The position numbers and the translations under genes are program-made. The notes under the pieces are model-generated. The model did not search any database. It saw nothing but the letters and a program-made list of their open reading frames with translations, and had not been told where the DNA came from. A stretch of 62,604 nucleotides of DNA, filler included, from Klebsormidium nitens (taxonomy: Eukaryota > Plantae > Klebsormidiophyceae), in NCBI GenBank assembly GCA_000708835.1. It is 4 parts of 4 records of this genome, joined end to end, with 100 filler letters (N's around TTAATTAATTAA, not from the genome) between each part and the next. Parts side by side here need not be neighbours in the genome. Positions count along the whole stretch, not along the records: positions 45,067 to 59,061 come from DF238073.1; positions 59,162 to 62,604 come from DF238578.1; 2 more parts are not named here. One strand, 5' to 3'. Positions 49,071 through 60,089 of the stretch are shown piece by piece (the first letter of the stretch is position 1; each line of letters opens with the position of its first letter).

Positions 49071-49851
49071 NNNNNNNNNNNNNNNNNNNNNNNNNNNNNN
49101 NNNNNNNNNNNNNNNNNNNNNNNNNNNNNNNNNNNNNNNNNNNNNNNNNNNNNNNNNNNNNNNNNNNNNNNNNNNNNNNNNNNNNNNNNNNNNNNNNNNN
49201 NNNNNNNNNNNNNNNNNNNNNNNNNNNNNNNNNNNNNNNNNNNNNNNNNNNNNNNNNNNNNNNNNNNNNNNNNNNNNNNNNNNNNNNNNNNNNNNNNNNN
49301 NNNNNNNNNNNNNNNNNNNNNNNNNNNNNNNNNNNNNNNNNNNNNNNNNNNNNNNNNNNNNNNNNNNNNNNNNNNNNNNNNNNNNNNNNNNNNNNNNNNN
49401 NNNNNNNNNNNNNNNNNNNNNNNNNNNNNNNNNNNNNNNNNNNNNNNNNNNNNNNNNNNNNNNNNNNNNNNNNNNNNNNNNNNNNNNNNNNNNNNNNNNN
49501 NNNNNNNNNNNNNNNNNNNNNNNNNNNNNNNNNNNNNNNNNNNNNNNNNNNNNNNNNNNNNNNNNNNNNNNNNNNNNNNNNNNNNNNNNNNNNNNNNNNN
49601 NNNNNNNNNNNNNNNNNNNNNNNNNNNNNNNNNNNNNNNNNNNNNNNNNNNNNNNNNNNNNNNNNNNNNNNNNNNNNNNNNNNNNNNNNNNNNNNNNNNN
49701 NNNNNNNNNNNNNNNNNNNNNNNNNNNNNNNNNNNNNNNNNNNNNNNNNNNNNNNNNNNNNNNNNNNNNNNNNNNNNNNNNNNNNNNNTTTTTTTTTTTT
49801 TTTTTTTTTTTTTTTTTCTTTTTTTTGTGCCTAAATGAACACGCCAACAGT
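49010..49851. repeat. Poly(T) tracts around an N gap, flanked by a 24-bp direct repeat
   Basis: tgcctaaatgaacacgccaacagt at 49010-49033 and 49828-49851. T-runs at 49033-49070 and 49789-49826; Ns at 49071-49788. Confidence 0.85.
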
Positions 49852-51105
49852 GCATGCATGCAGTTGATGAGTCCGATCAGGGCCTCAGGCCGTTTGGTGC
49901 GCCTTTGCTACCATTGGTTCTGCAGTGCACGCCTAAGTCAAAACCCTGCCAAGCCCACATGTCTAGTTCGAGTCTACGTAAGGAAACCCTGACCTTCCGA
50001 TCAAAACTGAACGACCCAGGTTGCGTTCTCCTTATGCCCCGGGTGGCAGTGAGTGAATCAACTAGTTTCAACGTCCGTGGAATCGGTTATCGACTCGTTC
50101 CAGGCTTAAAATAACCATGGGTTACATTTCTAGGGGGTGAGACCCTCAGCTGTCGCAGTGACCCCGTTAGCTGATAACCTGTAGCGAATCTTACGGTCAA
50201 AGAACCGGCAGGCACGTGTTGGCGTGTAAACGGTGGCCACCTGCCGTCGTCGGAATCCTTATACAAGATTCCCCCCCCACATTTCCACCGATCGAAACAA
50301 TTAAACCACCACCCAATCTATAAAACCGGGCAAATTCGATGCTGACGTGGCATAAATTGCCAACGGTCGTCGAGATCGGGCAATTCAAACGGTGACTCAT
50401 GGGGCGCATGTTTTTGAACACTCAAAATGGCGTCTACCCAGCACGATAGCAGCATCAAACCTTCACCAAATTTGACGGTGTCAGGCTTGCTCGCCTGGAA
50501 CAGGCCCCGTTGAGATGCGCTCCTTTTCCCGGCTCTTCAAACGGCCAAAAACAAGGCCTGTAAGCCCTAAAAAGCCACACTCAGCTTATTTGAGCTATTC
50601 TTGGTGGTTTGAAGAGCTGAAAAGCCTGGCGCCTTCTTGCAAGGCCTCTCTGTAGCGACTGAGCTTGACACCGCCACGGAAAAGCATGATTTGGGCATGC
50701 TATGAGCTGGGCAAATGCTACATTTTAGTGCCAAATGCGTGCGCCCCATGAGCGCAACTTGAACTTCACACGTGAAGTTCAAGTTATGAAATTGGCCAGC
50801 ATTGCTGGCCCATATGTACCGGTTGGGTGGTGGTTTAATTGGGAGGAGGAGCTCTTCGATCAGGCCCTCGCCCAGGGCGATCTTGTCATTCCTCATTGAA
50901 CTTGCAGAGCAGCGGAAGGAGCGTACCCCGGAAGGGAGCGCCCACAAACTGGTTTCTTTTGGGATCTGTCAACCCCTTACTCTTCACATCATTTGGTTCT
51001 CCCAATGCTCCCCACTGATTTTACTTGAGCGAGCTACAAACTTTCTTGCGAGTCTCAGAGCCGCCGGCGGCCACGTAAATTGAATTGTAAGAGAAACTTT
51101 TAGCG

Positions 51106-52306
51106 ATGGCTCCCTGGAAGGTCATACCGGTGCTTATCAGTCTGTTGGTGGCTTGTGAAGCCATCAAATTTGAAATCCAAGGGGGCTCGAGCAAATGCTT
51201 GGGAGAAGAAATAGGAAAGGGCACCTTAGTTGTCGGCGAATACAAAGTGGTGGAAGCATCTGCGCCAGCTGTTGAGAAGGTCTGCTTCCAACACCATCTC
51301 TGTTGCATTGTGATTGGTATTGGTTTTTTGAATCCTTCGTGTCATGGTGAAAACATTCTCTTTCTGCAGTGCAATTGCTTCGAGGAATGGTTTGCAATTC
51401 ACAGCCCTCCTGCTTCCGTTGCACCCTGAAGAAGCTGCCGGATTGGTCAGAATGTCTGTGAATGCCTCGAGCTCAACGATAAAAAGAAAATCTGTCCTGC
51501 CCTGCAGATATCGGTGAAAGTCACGTCGCCCTTCGGCAAGCTGCTGCACTCAGGCGACATTGTTCCAAGCGGACAGTTTGGATTCACCACTGAAGAGGCG
51601 GGCAATGTGATGGCCTGCTTCTGGATTCCCGGCAGTACGGCTGGCCAATTTGTGACTGTGGAGCTGAACTGGAAGATTGGGGTGAACGCAAAGGACTGGG
51701 AGGGAGTGGCCAAGAAGGATAAGATCACAGATATCGAGCTTGACCTCCGAAGGCTGGAAGCGCAGGTGAGGAAGTCTAAGATTTTGCTGGAGACATGGCG
51801 TACGATGTTTCGGTGCGTGGGCCACGTAAGGCATCACATTTTACAAGGGACACTAGCAATTTGCGACAGTATACCATTTGCTGTCAAATCACTGGTGGTC
51901 AAACTGTTGGGCGTTTGAACTGGTCATGTCAAATCTGCAAAGTACTGTAGTGTGCAGTTAGAGTAGCGATCACACAGTGCAGCGCTGCTGACCCGTTTTC
52001 TACCGTCACCTGCCGCCGTTCTGGACACGGCATCACAGCTCCGTCTGTTCTTGCAAGTTGCTTTCCATTGATTCATTCCAGAACTGTCTTTCAAGTAACA
52101 AATCTTGACCTCTTTTCCAGGTAACTTCTGTGTTAGAGGAGATGACGTACATGCGGGAGCGCGAGATGCAGATGCGGAACCTGAACGAGATTACCAACTC
52201 TCGAGTAGCCTGGTTTGGGATCCTGTCATTGGTGGTGTGTTTGGGCGTTGCGGGGTGGCAAGCTACGTACCTGAAGGGTTACTTCGAAAGGAAGAAGATT
52301 TTGTAA
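51106..52306 (+). CDS. emp24/gp25L/p24 (TMED, p24-delta-like) cargo receptor (about 205 aa)
   Basis: Exons 51106-51279, 51508-51765, 52121-52306. Signal peptide, KCLGEEI GOLD domain, WKIGVNAKDWEGVAKK, YMREREMQMRNLNEITNSRVAWF, TM helix, and a C-terminal YFERKKIL dilysine-type tail. Confidence 0.93.
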
Positions 52307-53395
52307 TAATCATGATGGTCAGGATGACCAGCAAAGTTTGGCCCCGTTTTGAAGCAAACTGGGCACCCTTGGAGTAATGAGGCAAGCGCTGAGGCAGTGG
52401 GTCTACGTCTGCCCCAAGCTCCGGACTGCATCCAGTGCTCGCTGTTGCTCCAATGAATACATGGGAACGTTTCTTTTTTTTGCGAGTCAAGTAGCCCAAT
52501 CGATTCCAGGGCTACTCTGAACATCCGCACAATAATGCGTGTGCAAACTCTCCTTTGACGAGCTCCTTTCTGAGAGACGTTATCGAACCATCCTTACCTC
52601 CGTGCAATGTATGCCATAGAATCTGCTTTGTATGGCTCTGCAGAAGATAACTTGTGTGTGTCATGCAAGGCTGGATTTGGGCGCATTGCCAGCTTCGATG
52701 CATGATCCAAGGGCGGCTGTCAAAGTAGTTGATCTCGTCGATCTTCGGGTCTAGAACTTAGTCTTGCAGGCTAGCTGCAAGGGGACTCAGAGATCGGGCA
52801 AATTGCAAGCCGGGTTTGCTCAAATAACTCTGGTCAACATGGACCAAAGTCATGTGACGGTTGCATCCAACAATCGAATAATATTCTAAAGCATGCATGA
52901 TAGCACTAATTTCATGTTCGCCATATGACACCATGTCGAGCTGATGCAATAATATGCATGCATCGAACTATAAGCTCGATCACATGCAGTCACAGCCGCC
53001 CGCGTAGCTCGACGGTCGGGCAGACTGGGCTCGCGGTATTCAGGCCGGGAGTCAAATGAGTGCAGTCTCAGTGCAAACTTCAAAAGTGCATGGAAGGTTG
53101 CTTAGGTAGATTTGATGAGCTCTATGCGATTCCGCCCATGTGGACCCTCTAGACTGACTTGCATGAGCTAGTGCCGTCTGTTAATGCACGATAAAACATT
53201 CAATAGACACTATGCGGTCCACGATAGAGCATACGCTTCTCACTGCCATGCAAGATATAGAGCATAAGCAATTTCAATGCAATACCCAAGGTCAGTGCGA
53301 CTGACTAATCCCAAGACCGCATTGCATGCGAATATGGTCAAAGCACGTTTCGATCAAAATTCAAAACTGCGAGCAAGTTGTCCAAACGAAATTGA

Positions 53396-56300
53396 TCATC
53401 TAGGTATATACAGCGGTTGTTCCAAATCTGCAACTGTATATGCTATGACTGCTAAGGTAGCTGCGCAGCGTGCAAGTTCATCCGGATCCATTTTATCAGG
53501 CGTATCTGCTACTGAATGATGGTACCTGGACAAAAAGATCGTCAATTCTGAAACGGTGTGAGCAATGTGAGCGCCGGACGCATACCATAACAAACACCAA
53601 CTTCTTGCTTTTGGATCTCCGAACGAGCACAACGCATCCACCTCTTGGGCGGCACCAATACAGCGTGCTTTCCCCAGGGGTCGGGTAATTTCTGAAGCTG
53701 ACCCCCCCACAAAGACGTGAGGCAGAGACACAGTGGGAGCGCAAGATTCCAGTGGGGGGATAATTGGCCAGACCGCGCTTACCAGAAATACCTGGTCGCA
53801 TCCGTCAGCAGCTCGAGCGCCGGCGTCCCTTGCGTCTGCACGAAGCCGCAGGCGCAAGTTAGTAAGTAAAATCCCAGTACTTACAAACATAACTGAGCAA
53901 CAGAAAGCATTAGCCTGCCCCTTCAATCTTCCCTTGAGAGGGCCAGCAATCCTCTCAAACATGTTAGCCTCACAGCCATTGGGTTGAGGCAGAGTAGAGA
54001 GCCTGAAACTCATGGCCACGAAAAGCTGGGTACGCAGAAGCTTTGGCCCCCCGTTCCCACACCAACATAATTGCACACCCTCTTTTCAAGCCGTCAATCT
54101 CATCCAGGTTGCCAAAATGGAACCCCGGACCGCAGCGGAACGCCCACGAGATATTGCCAATGTCCACGACAACAAGACGTATCCCCGCCGATAACTGCCT
54201 CCAACCGATACTTCCGCCACCAGCGAAAGTGCACTGCCCGTACCTCGTACATCGGCAGCACGTCCGCCCCCGTTCCCGTGCCGTTGACCACCTGCGTCGC
54301 GTTGAGCGCCCCCAGCAGCGTGCCGGAAAGCGCTTGCATGGTCCGCAGGGCGCTGTCGGGACCCAGGTATGTGAAGCCCAGCGGGTTGAATGCCCCGCTG
54401 TCCGACTCAATAGCCAGGACGTGCCGCTCGTCCCTGGATGAGAGGTTGAAAACGGCGGGGCTGAGATGGACGAGTGTAGAGTGTTGAAGAGGACACGACG
54501 AGAGTAGGACGAGCAGAAACGGGCGGATTTGACTGCCGACTTATGAATGGTGAAGCAAGGTCAAGGGTGAGCGTGGCTTGGAAGCCATCGGGTTCGTTGT
54601 CCAAAAGCCGCTTGAAAGATCCAGGGCAACTTCCGTCCGGCAGTTTGCTTACTTCCGCCTCCACGTTCGAGAGCGCACAAACCCCAGCACTTGCCAAGAC
54701 GGCAGCCACGATTGCTGCTCAACTTCAAAAGAACCGACGGTTTCCCTTCGCTTTCGAGTTTCCGCTCAAGGGCTGCCATGCACAAGACGCGCCCCTGTAC
54801 CAATCGGAAATGGCGCCTCACCGGTGCTTCGCAGCATAGACGTCGGCCCCAAGCACCCCGTTGACCCGCCCTTGCTCCTCATTCGCCCAGCCCACCACGC
54901 GTATCTGCACAGCAACTCCTCGGTCCCGGTCAGTCGCAACCGGCGAAGCCAGCTCCGCAAGCCGAAAAGGAGGCCTCTCCGGATCAAGATCAGGGTACAG
55001 GAGCAGGGGCGTCAGAGGAACGGAGCAGCCGCCGGAGCTGGACACCTGCGCTTTGCTTGAAAGGGCAATTCTCCCCGACGTTCCGAAACCTTATTCGTGT
55101 GGATCACTTTCCCAGGTTTTGAGGAATCTTGTGTAAGCGGCAAGCAGGTTCCAAACGGCCGAGACTCTATGATCACCCAGAATGTTGATCTCATCCGCGG
55201 GAGCTACTCACCGTTCGCCTTGGCCGCAGCCCGAGCGTGTGTATGAGGCGCACGGCGTGCCAGCACACCAGCAAGCCCGCCCCGTCGTCCATCGCACCCT
55301 GGATAGAAAGTTTCAGCACTCGATCAGGACAGTCGGAACGAGAGAGGTAATCCTTTTCCAGAGTGCGATTCCTCGCCATACTTTGCCACGTTTGTTTCGT
55401 GCAGAACGTGGCAATCATGTCGGCCCTTAACACCACTTCGGCCCAGCGTGAACCCCGTGTAAACGCACACTCACTTTCACAACAGAATTTCAATGCAATG
55501 TTCAAGACCAAGCTTAGCGCTAAAAGCGGCCACTCCCTGCCAGCAGCTCCTTCGCCTTAACCAAACAAGTGCCGTTTCTTACTCAACGCTCGCCCTCTGC
55601 CGCCAGCAATGAAAGTACGTCTCACCAGGCCCACGTCCCAGGAGTCGATGTGCCCCCCGAGCACGACCACCTCGTCGGGGGTCATTCCCCCGGTCACTTG
55701 GCCCATCACGTTGAAGGCCTGCGCGGGGGCCTCGGTTTGGGCGGTCATCTGCAGGTGCACCTCGACGGCCTGCCCCGTGCCCAGCAGGCCCTGGATCAAA
55801 TCTGCGTTAGGATAAGAGCTGTGCGTTTGAAGCATGGCGAGCGGGAATTCTCGTGAGGGAGTGTTTCACTGCCTGGATTCGACGTCTCAAAGAGCGCCAC
55901 GAGCGTACTCGTGCTGCCAGGACGCGAAGAGTTTACGGGGATCATCGGTTAGCCGCTGTTCTCAATATTTCGGGATTTCTTGTCCATATGCTGTGCCGGA
56001 ACTCGAGTAATGAGTCACGTGCGCGGACTTCGGGTACGAGGATCTTCATCGCTGAATAACAACGGCTCGAGTGCATGAAGAGATGGAAATATCAAGTGGG
56101 CAGCTCACTAACTGGAGACACCAAGCGAAAACGACCCTCGAACGTAAAACGAAGTTGCCACTAGTGCTGAAAGTTCAGCAATGGTGGGAAACATGCACAC
56201 ACGAAAAAAGTTCGGCTGTTCTGAAGATCAACAATCCGTCCGCGGCAGGCCGACACCTAAGTGGCTGCCAGCAGCGGTCGCAACACCAGCTCAAAGAGCA

Positions 56301-58230
56301 ATCAAGCCTGTAGCTTTCGCACCTGGGTAGAGCTCTTAACGGGCCCTCCCTCCGTAGTTCGGACCCTGCAAACGTTATTGCAGCCCCACTCTTCGTCACG
56401 TCTGCACCGTCACTTGGGAGTAACGCATCGATATACAGCCGTCAATCAAATGGTCTCACCTGCCGCTTCTACTGCGATCGCCGCAAAGGGGATCGGCTGC
56501 GTCCCCTCCTCGTATCGTGTGGCGCCTGTGTGCGGGTTGCCCATGCTGAAGCTGCTGACAGAGCGAAGGAGCGCCCCAATTGCCCCCAGCCTGCCTGCCT
56601 CGATGGCCCCGCGGTAGCGGTATTGTACAGTCTCCGAATACGTGGTGAAGGGCACGTTGAAGAGCACGATCTTGCCAGCGACCTGCGGAAGTGGGGGCCG
56701 ATAACCATGACCTCTCGTTTTGTGAAATATCGGCCTGGATTGAAACGGTTTTTCTGTTCGTTGGACCCCGAGTTGCTTAGCTCGTTCCTTCCTAAAATGT
56801 TCAATCTTGTGGGCCCACAAACGCGCTGCACTCTCCAACAGACAGCTTTTTCTACAAGTGACCAATTCATTCAGGTAGAACAAATACGGTCGAGGACCCA
56901 AACCACTTCCAAGTTAGTCGCTTCGACCAACCGGTGTCATGCAACTGAATAAGGCGACTTCGCATCAACCTTCCTTGTTTGCCCTTCCTCACTGACTTGA
57001 AGCAACAGCTGTCCATCACCGCATACAAAAACCAACACTCATCGTCCTCAAACGTTAACTCTGCTTCGCACCCCCACCTCATCAGCGCGCAGATGCAGCT
57101 CGTCCCAGTCCGCCACGGCGATCAGCTGTCCCTGGACGTTCCCCGCCACGCTCCCCCCGAGGCCCAGCATGGGCAGCTCCAGCAGGCGCGGCTGCAGCAT
57201 GTAGACCCACTCCTCGTTGCGCTTCCAGTTGGAGATGTTGGCTACCGCCTCCTTGTGCACCTTCTCCAGCCCGTCCAGCGTCATCTCCTCCGCCACCTGG
57301 CGGGGCGAGGGGAGCGGGAGCGAGTCACGAGAGAGCGGTCGGACAAGATGAAAATGAATGATAACAGGCGACAAAGACGGGATTGTGTGGAAAGGTGCCA
57401 CTAGTACGAGAGCCCCAGGAGTAAGATGCGAGTGGTTTTTGAAGGAGGAAAGACCATGACTCTCTCTTGCGAGGTGGGACAAAGTCTGTTACTTTCTTGT
57501 TTCCTGATCGCAATGCGTCGTCTTACAACGATGCCTCATTTTAGGATCTCTAGATCTTAGGGGATCTCTATTGAAAAAAGGATTGGCAATTTTGAAGAAG
57601 GGGTGGCTCGTACCCAATCAATAGCTGAGTTCAGAGCGTCGGTACCGCTGAACCTTGGACCAAAGGTGAAGCACAGCTTTTCGAGGCGCTTATGGATCTC
57701 GTCTCCGAAGCTGGGCCCGGATGTCGCCACAGAGATGATCTGCTTTGCTATCGGCCCGTAATCCTGATATATGCTGTTGTCAAAACAGGGGCTGCGGCCG
57801 ACTGGGGGAGGCGCGCTTGCATCCCACCTGCAAATCATAAAGCGGCTTTTTGTTGAGGCTCTACTTCTCATGATCCGTGCATATCAAAATATTCAATCAT
57901 GCCTCGCAGCCCACTTCATAAATGAAGGGTCTACTTGAACATTGATACGGACAGCGCTTACTCGTCAAAGGTGGTGCAACCAACTCTAGCTCGTTGCTTT
58001 CAGTTGCCCCCAATCAACAACGCCAAACCCGCCAAACCAACCACCGCAAAAGTATGAAACCAGGGCTGTCCGCCGATCATGCAACCTGCCGCAAGGCAAG
58101 CCAACAACATGGTGGTGGCACTTGCCCCTCACCTAGTTATGGCCAGCCCGATTGCCACGAATGTCGCCAGCACCGCAAAGATAGCGAGTCCGCCGGTGGC
58201 CACTCGCAGGCGCATAATTTCATGGGACAT
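53396..58230 (-). CDS. CPQ: Carboxypeptidase Q / plasma glutamate carboxypeptidase-like M28 peptidase with PA domain (about 490 aa)
   Basis: Ten exons in phase: 58230-58133, 57827-57614, 57296-57078, 56682-56460, 55801-55626, 55298-55212, 54904-54822, 54433-54244, 53835-53783, 53525-53396. Motifs FGPRFSGT..AIDW, GKIVLFN, PHTG, VVLGGHIDSWDVG, GAMDDGAG, WANEEQG, IESDSG, YFWYHHSVADT. Confidence 0.9.
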
Positions 58231-59061
58231 CGACTCCAGAAGGAGAGCGGTTCCGTCTGCACAAAAAAGGTCCAGTAACATTCCAAGTCGGGATCGTTTT
58301 TGATGGGGCAAACACCCCTTTCGCCTTCCTGTTTGATAGGGTCTCGACATGGATCGATTGAGGACGTAAGCGGTCCCCATCACATTTCTCACCTTGACAA
58401 CTATATCTTGCCCAACTGTCCTGAAGGCATTGTGTAAGGGAGTTCTGCCAGAGGGATCCCCTCAGGTTTCTCAAGCGAGGGGGCGAGGAACTTCTTTGCT
58501 CCCTAGCAGAAAGCTGACTCTTTCGTGATGAGTTAGCGGGGCCTTACCTGGGCTTGGGCGGCCAATGTCCATTGCGATTTCTTCATACCCGCCAGTCTGT
58601 CTTCTACGGGGCGTCAGCAGGCGCTTTGTGTCCAGGTTACCTTCGCTGACGTCATCATGCAGCTCCCCATTGGAAGCTGGTCCCTCCCCCCGATTTGATA
58701 ATTCGACCGACATGGTGCAATCGGTCACATCAGCACATGTCGGCATTAGATCTGCTGGACTGATGGTGCGCAAGCAGTCAGTTCAAGCCTCCTGCATTGG
58801 GACCCTAAGCATGACAACAGACCATGCAGCCCGTAGAGAGCTAAAACTGGCTTTCTACATGCAGAGAAGTTTCAGCTTTGAGCAGACCCCACTCCGATGC
58901 CTCCGCTTAAGACAAGGGAGCTCTATCTGATAAGCGCCACCCCCAAGTGCTGATGCTGAATCTCACGGCCTCCAAACTTTAAAGATTGTTCCCTGCGCCA
59001 CCACCTTCATTGCTGATGAGCTTCTCGTGCCCGTTCTGAGGCCCAGGCCCAGGCCCGTCAT

Positions 59062-59161
59062 NNNNNNNNNNNNNNNNNNNNNNNNNNNNNNNNNNNNNNN
59101 NNNNNTTAATTAATTAANNNNNNNNNNNNNNNNNNNNNNNNNNNNNNNNNNNNNNNNNNNN
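59062..59161. other. Artificial contig-joining linker
   Basis: N44-TTAATTAATTAA-N44. Confidence 0.95.
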
Positions 59162-59537
59162 GGATTATAATGATCCAAGAAACCACAAGAGGTTCAGCGA
59201 ACAAAAAGTTTGGCTACTCAGTCGACATCAGCCCCGTCAAAAAAAGCAATCGGCCAATACACATGCCATTTGAAGGTACTTTTCAAAGCTCAGCAACGAA
59301 GTTGCCAATTGAAGAGATCGAATCTATGAAGCCTTCGCAAAAACGTTCGAAAACGAAAGCCACTTGCAAGCCCGAAAAAAAACCCATTGGAAAAAAACCC
59401 GCTTCTAGAAAGAGAGCAAAGCCGGTCGACTCCAATTCCAATTCACAGTCAGACTCGGATTAATTGTGAAGCCATCCGGGGGCCGACCATCCGATCGACA
59501 ACACTTGTATTTATTTCCTAGTCCAGAACAATATACA

Positions 59538-59927
59538 ATGGGCCCACGCATCGTGCATCTTGACATACCGGCGGCTTTACGTTTTGTTAAGACGCACGAA
59601 CGTCACGATATGCGGCATCTGCTGGAAGAAGTTGATTGTCTCGACATGGATCTGAACTCAGCGGATCAATTGATCGAACAGGGGTTGCGCAGTCAATCAG
59701 CCGTATCCCCTTATCTACGAAAAGGTATCTTGAAGTTTTTAATCCATGAGATGGATCCGGCTACGAAGATGACCACGTTGAGCTTTCTTGCTAGCTATTT
59801 GGATGCGGCAATGGGTTCCGAATACGAAGCCGGATACTCGGTGCATGACATCAATTTGATTATGTACGTAGCGCAGCAGATGCTCGACACCGGCCTAGAG
59901 CGTGATTACATTGAAGCGACACGCTAA
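59538..59927 (+). CDS. Hypothetical protein (MGPRIVHLD...DYIEATR), function unknown
   Basis: Open frame with protein-like composition and a possible acceptor (tttcctag) just upstream. No recognisable motif. Confidence 0.3.
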   Translation: MGPRIVHLDIPAALRFVKTHERHDMRHLLEEVDCLDMDLNSADQLIEQGLRSQSAVSPYLRKGILKFLIHEMDPATKMTTLSFLASYLDAAMGSEYEAGYSVHDINLIMYVAQQMLDTGLERDYIEATR

Positions 59928-60089
59928 CCACATCATCAATGCTTGCGCGTACCTCGAACATATATTGTACACATCACCCTAACCTCCTTCCTCCTCCCCT
60001 CCGAATGTATCTACCTCAGTAATCCACTTTGCTCCTTTAAGTTCAAAAAAATGGTGATGCTTCTATTGTCTTCTACTGTGATACCTACC

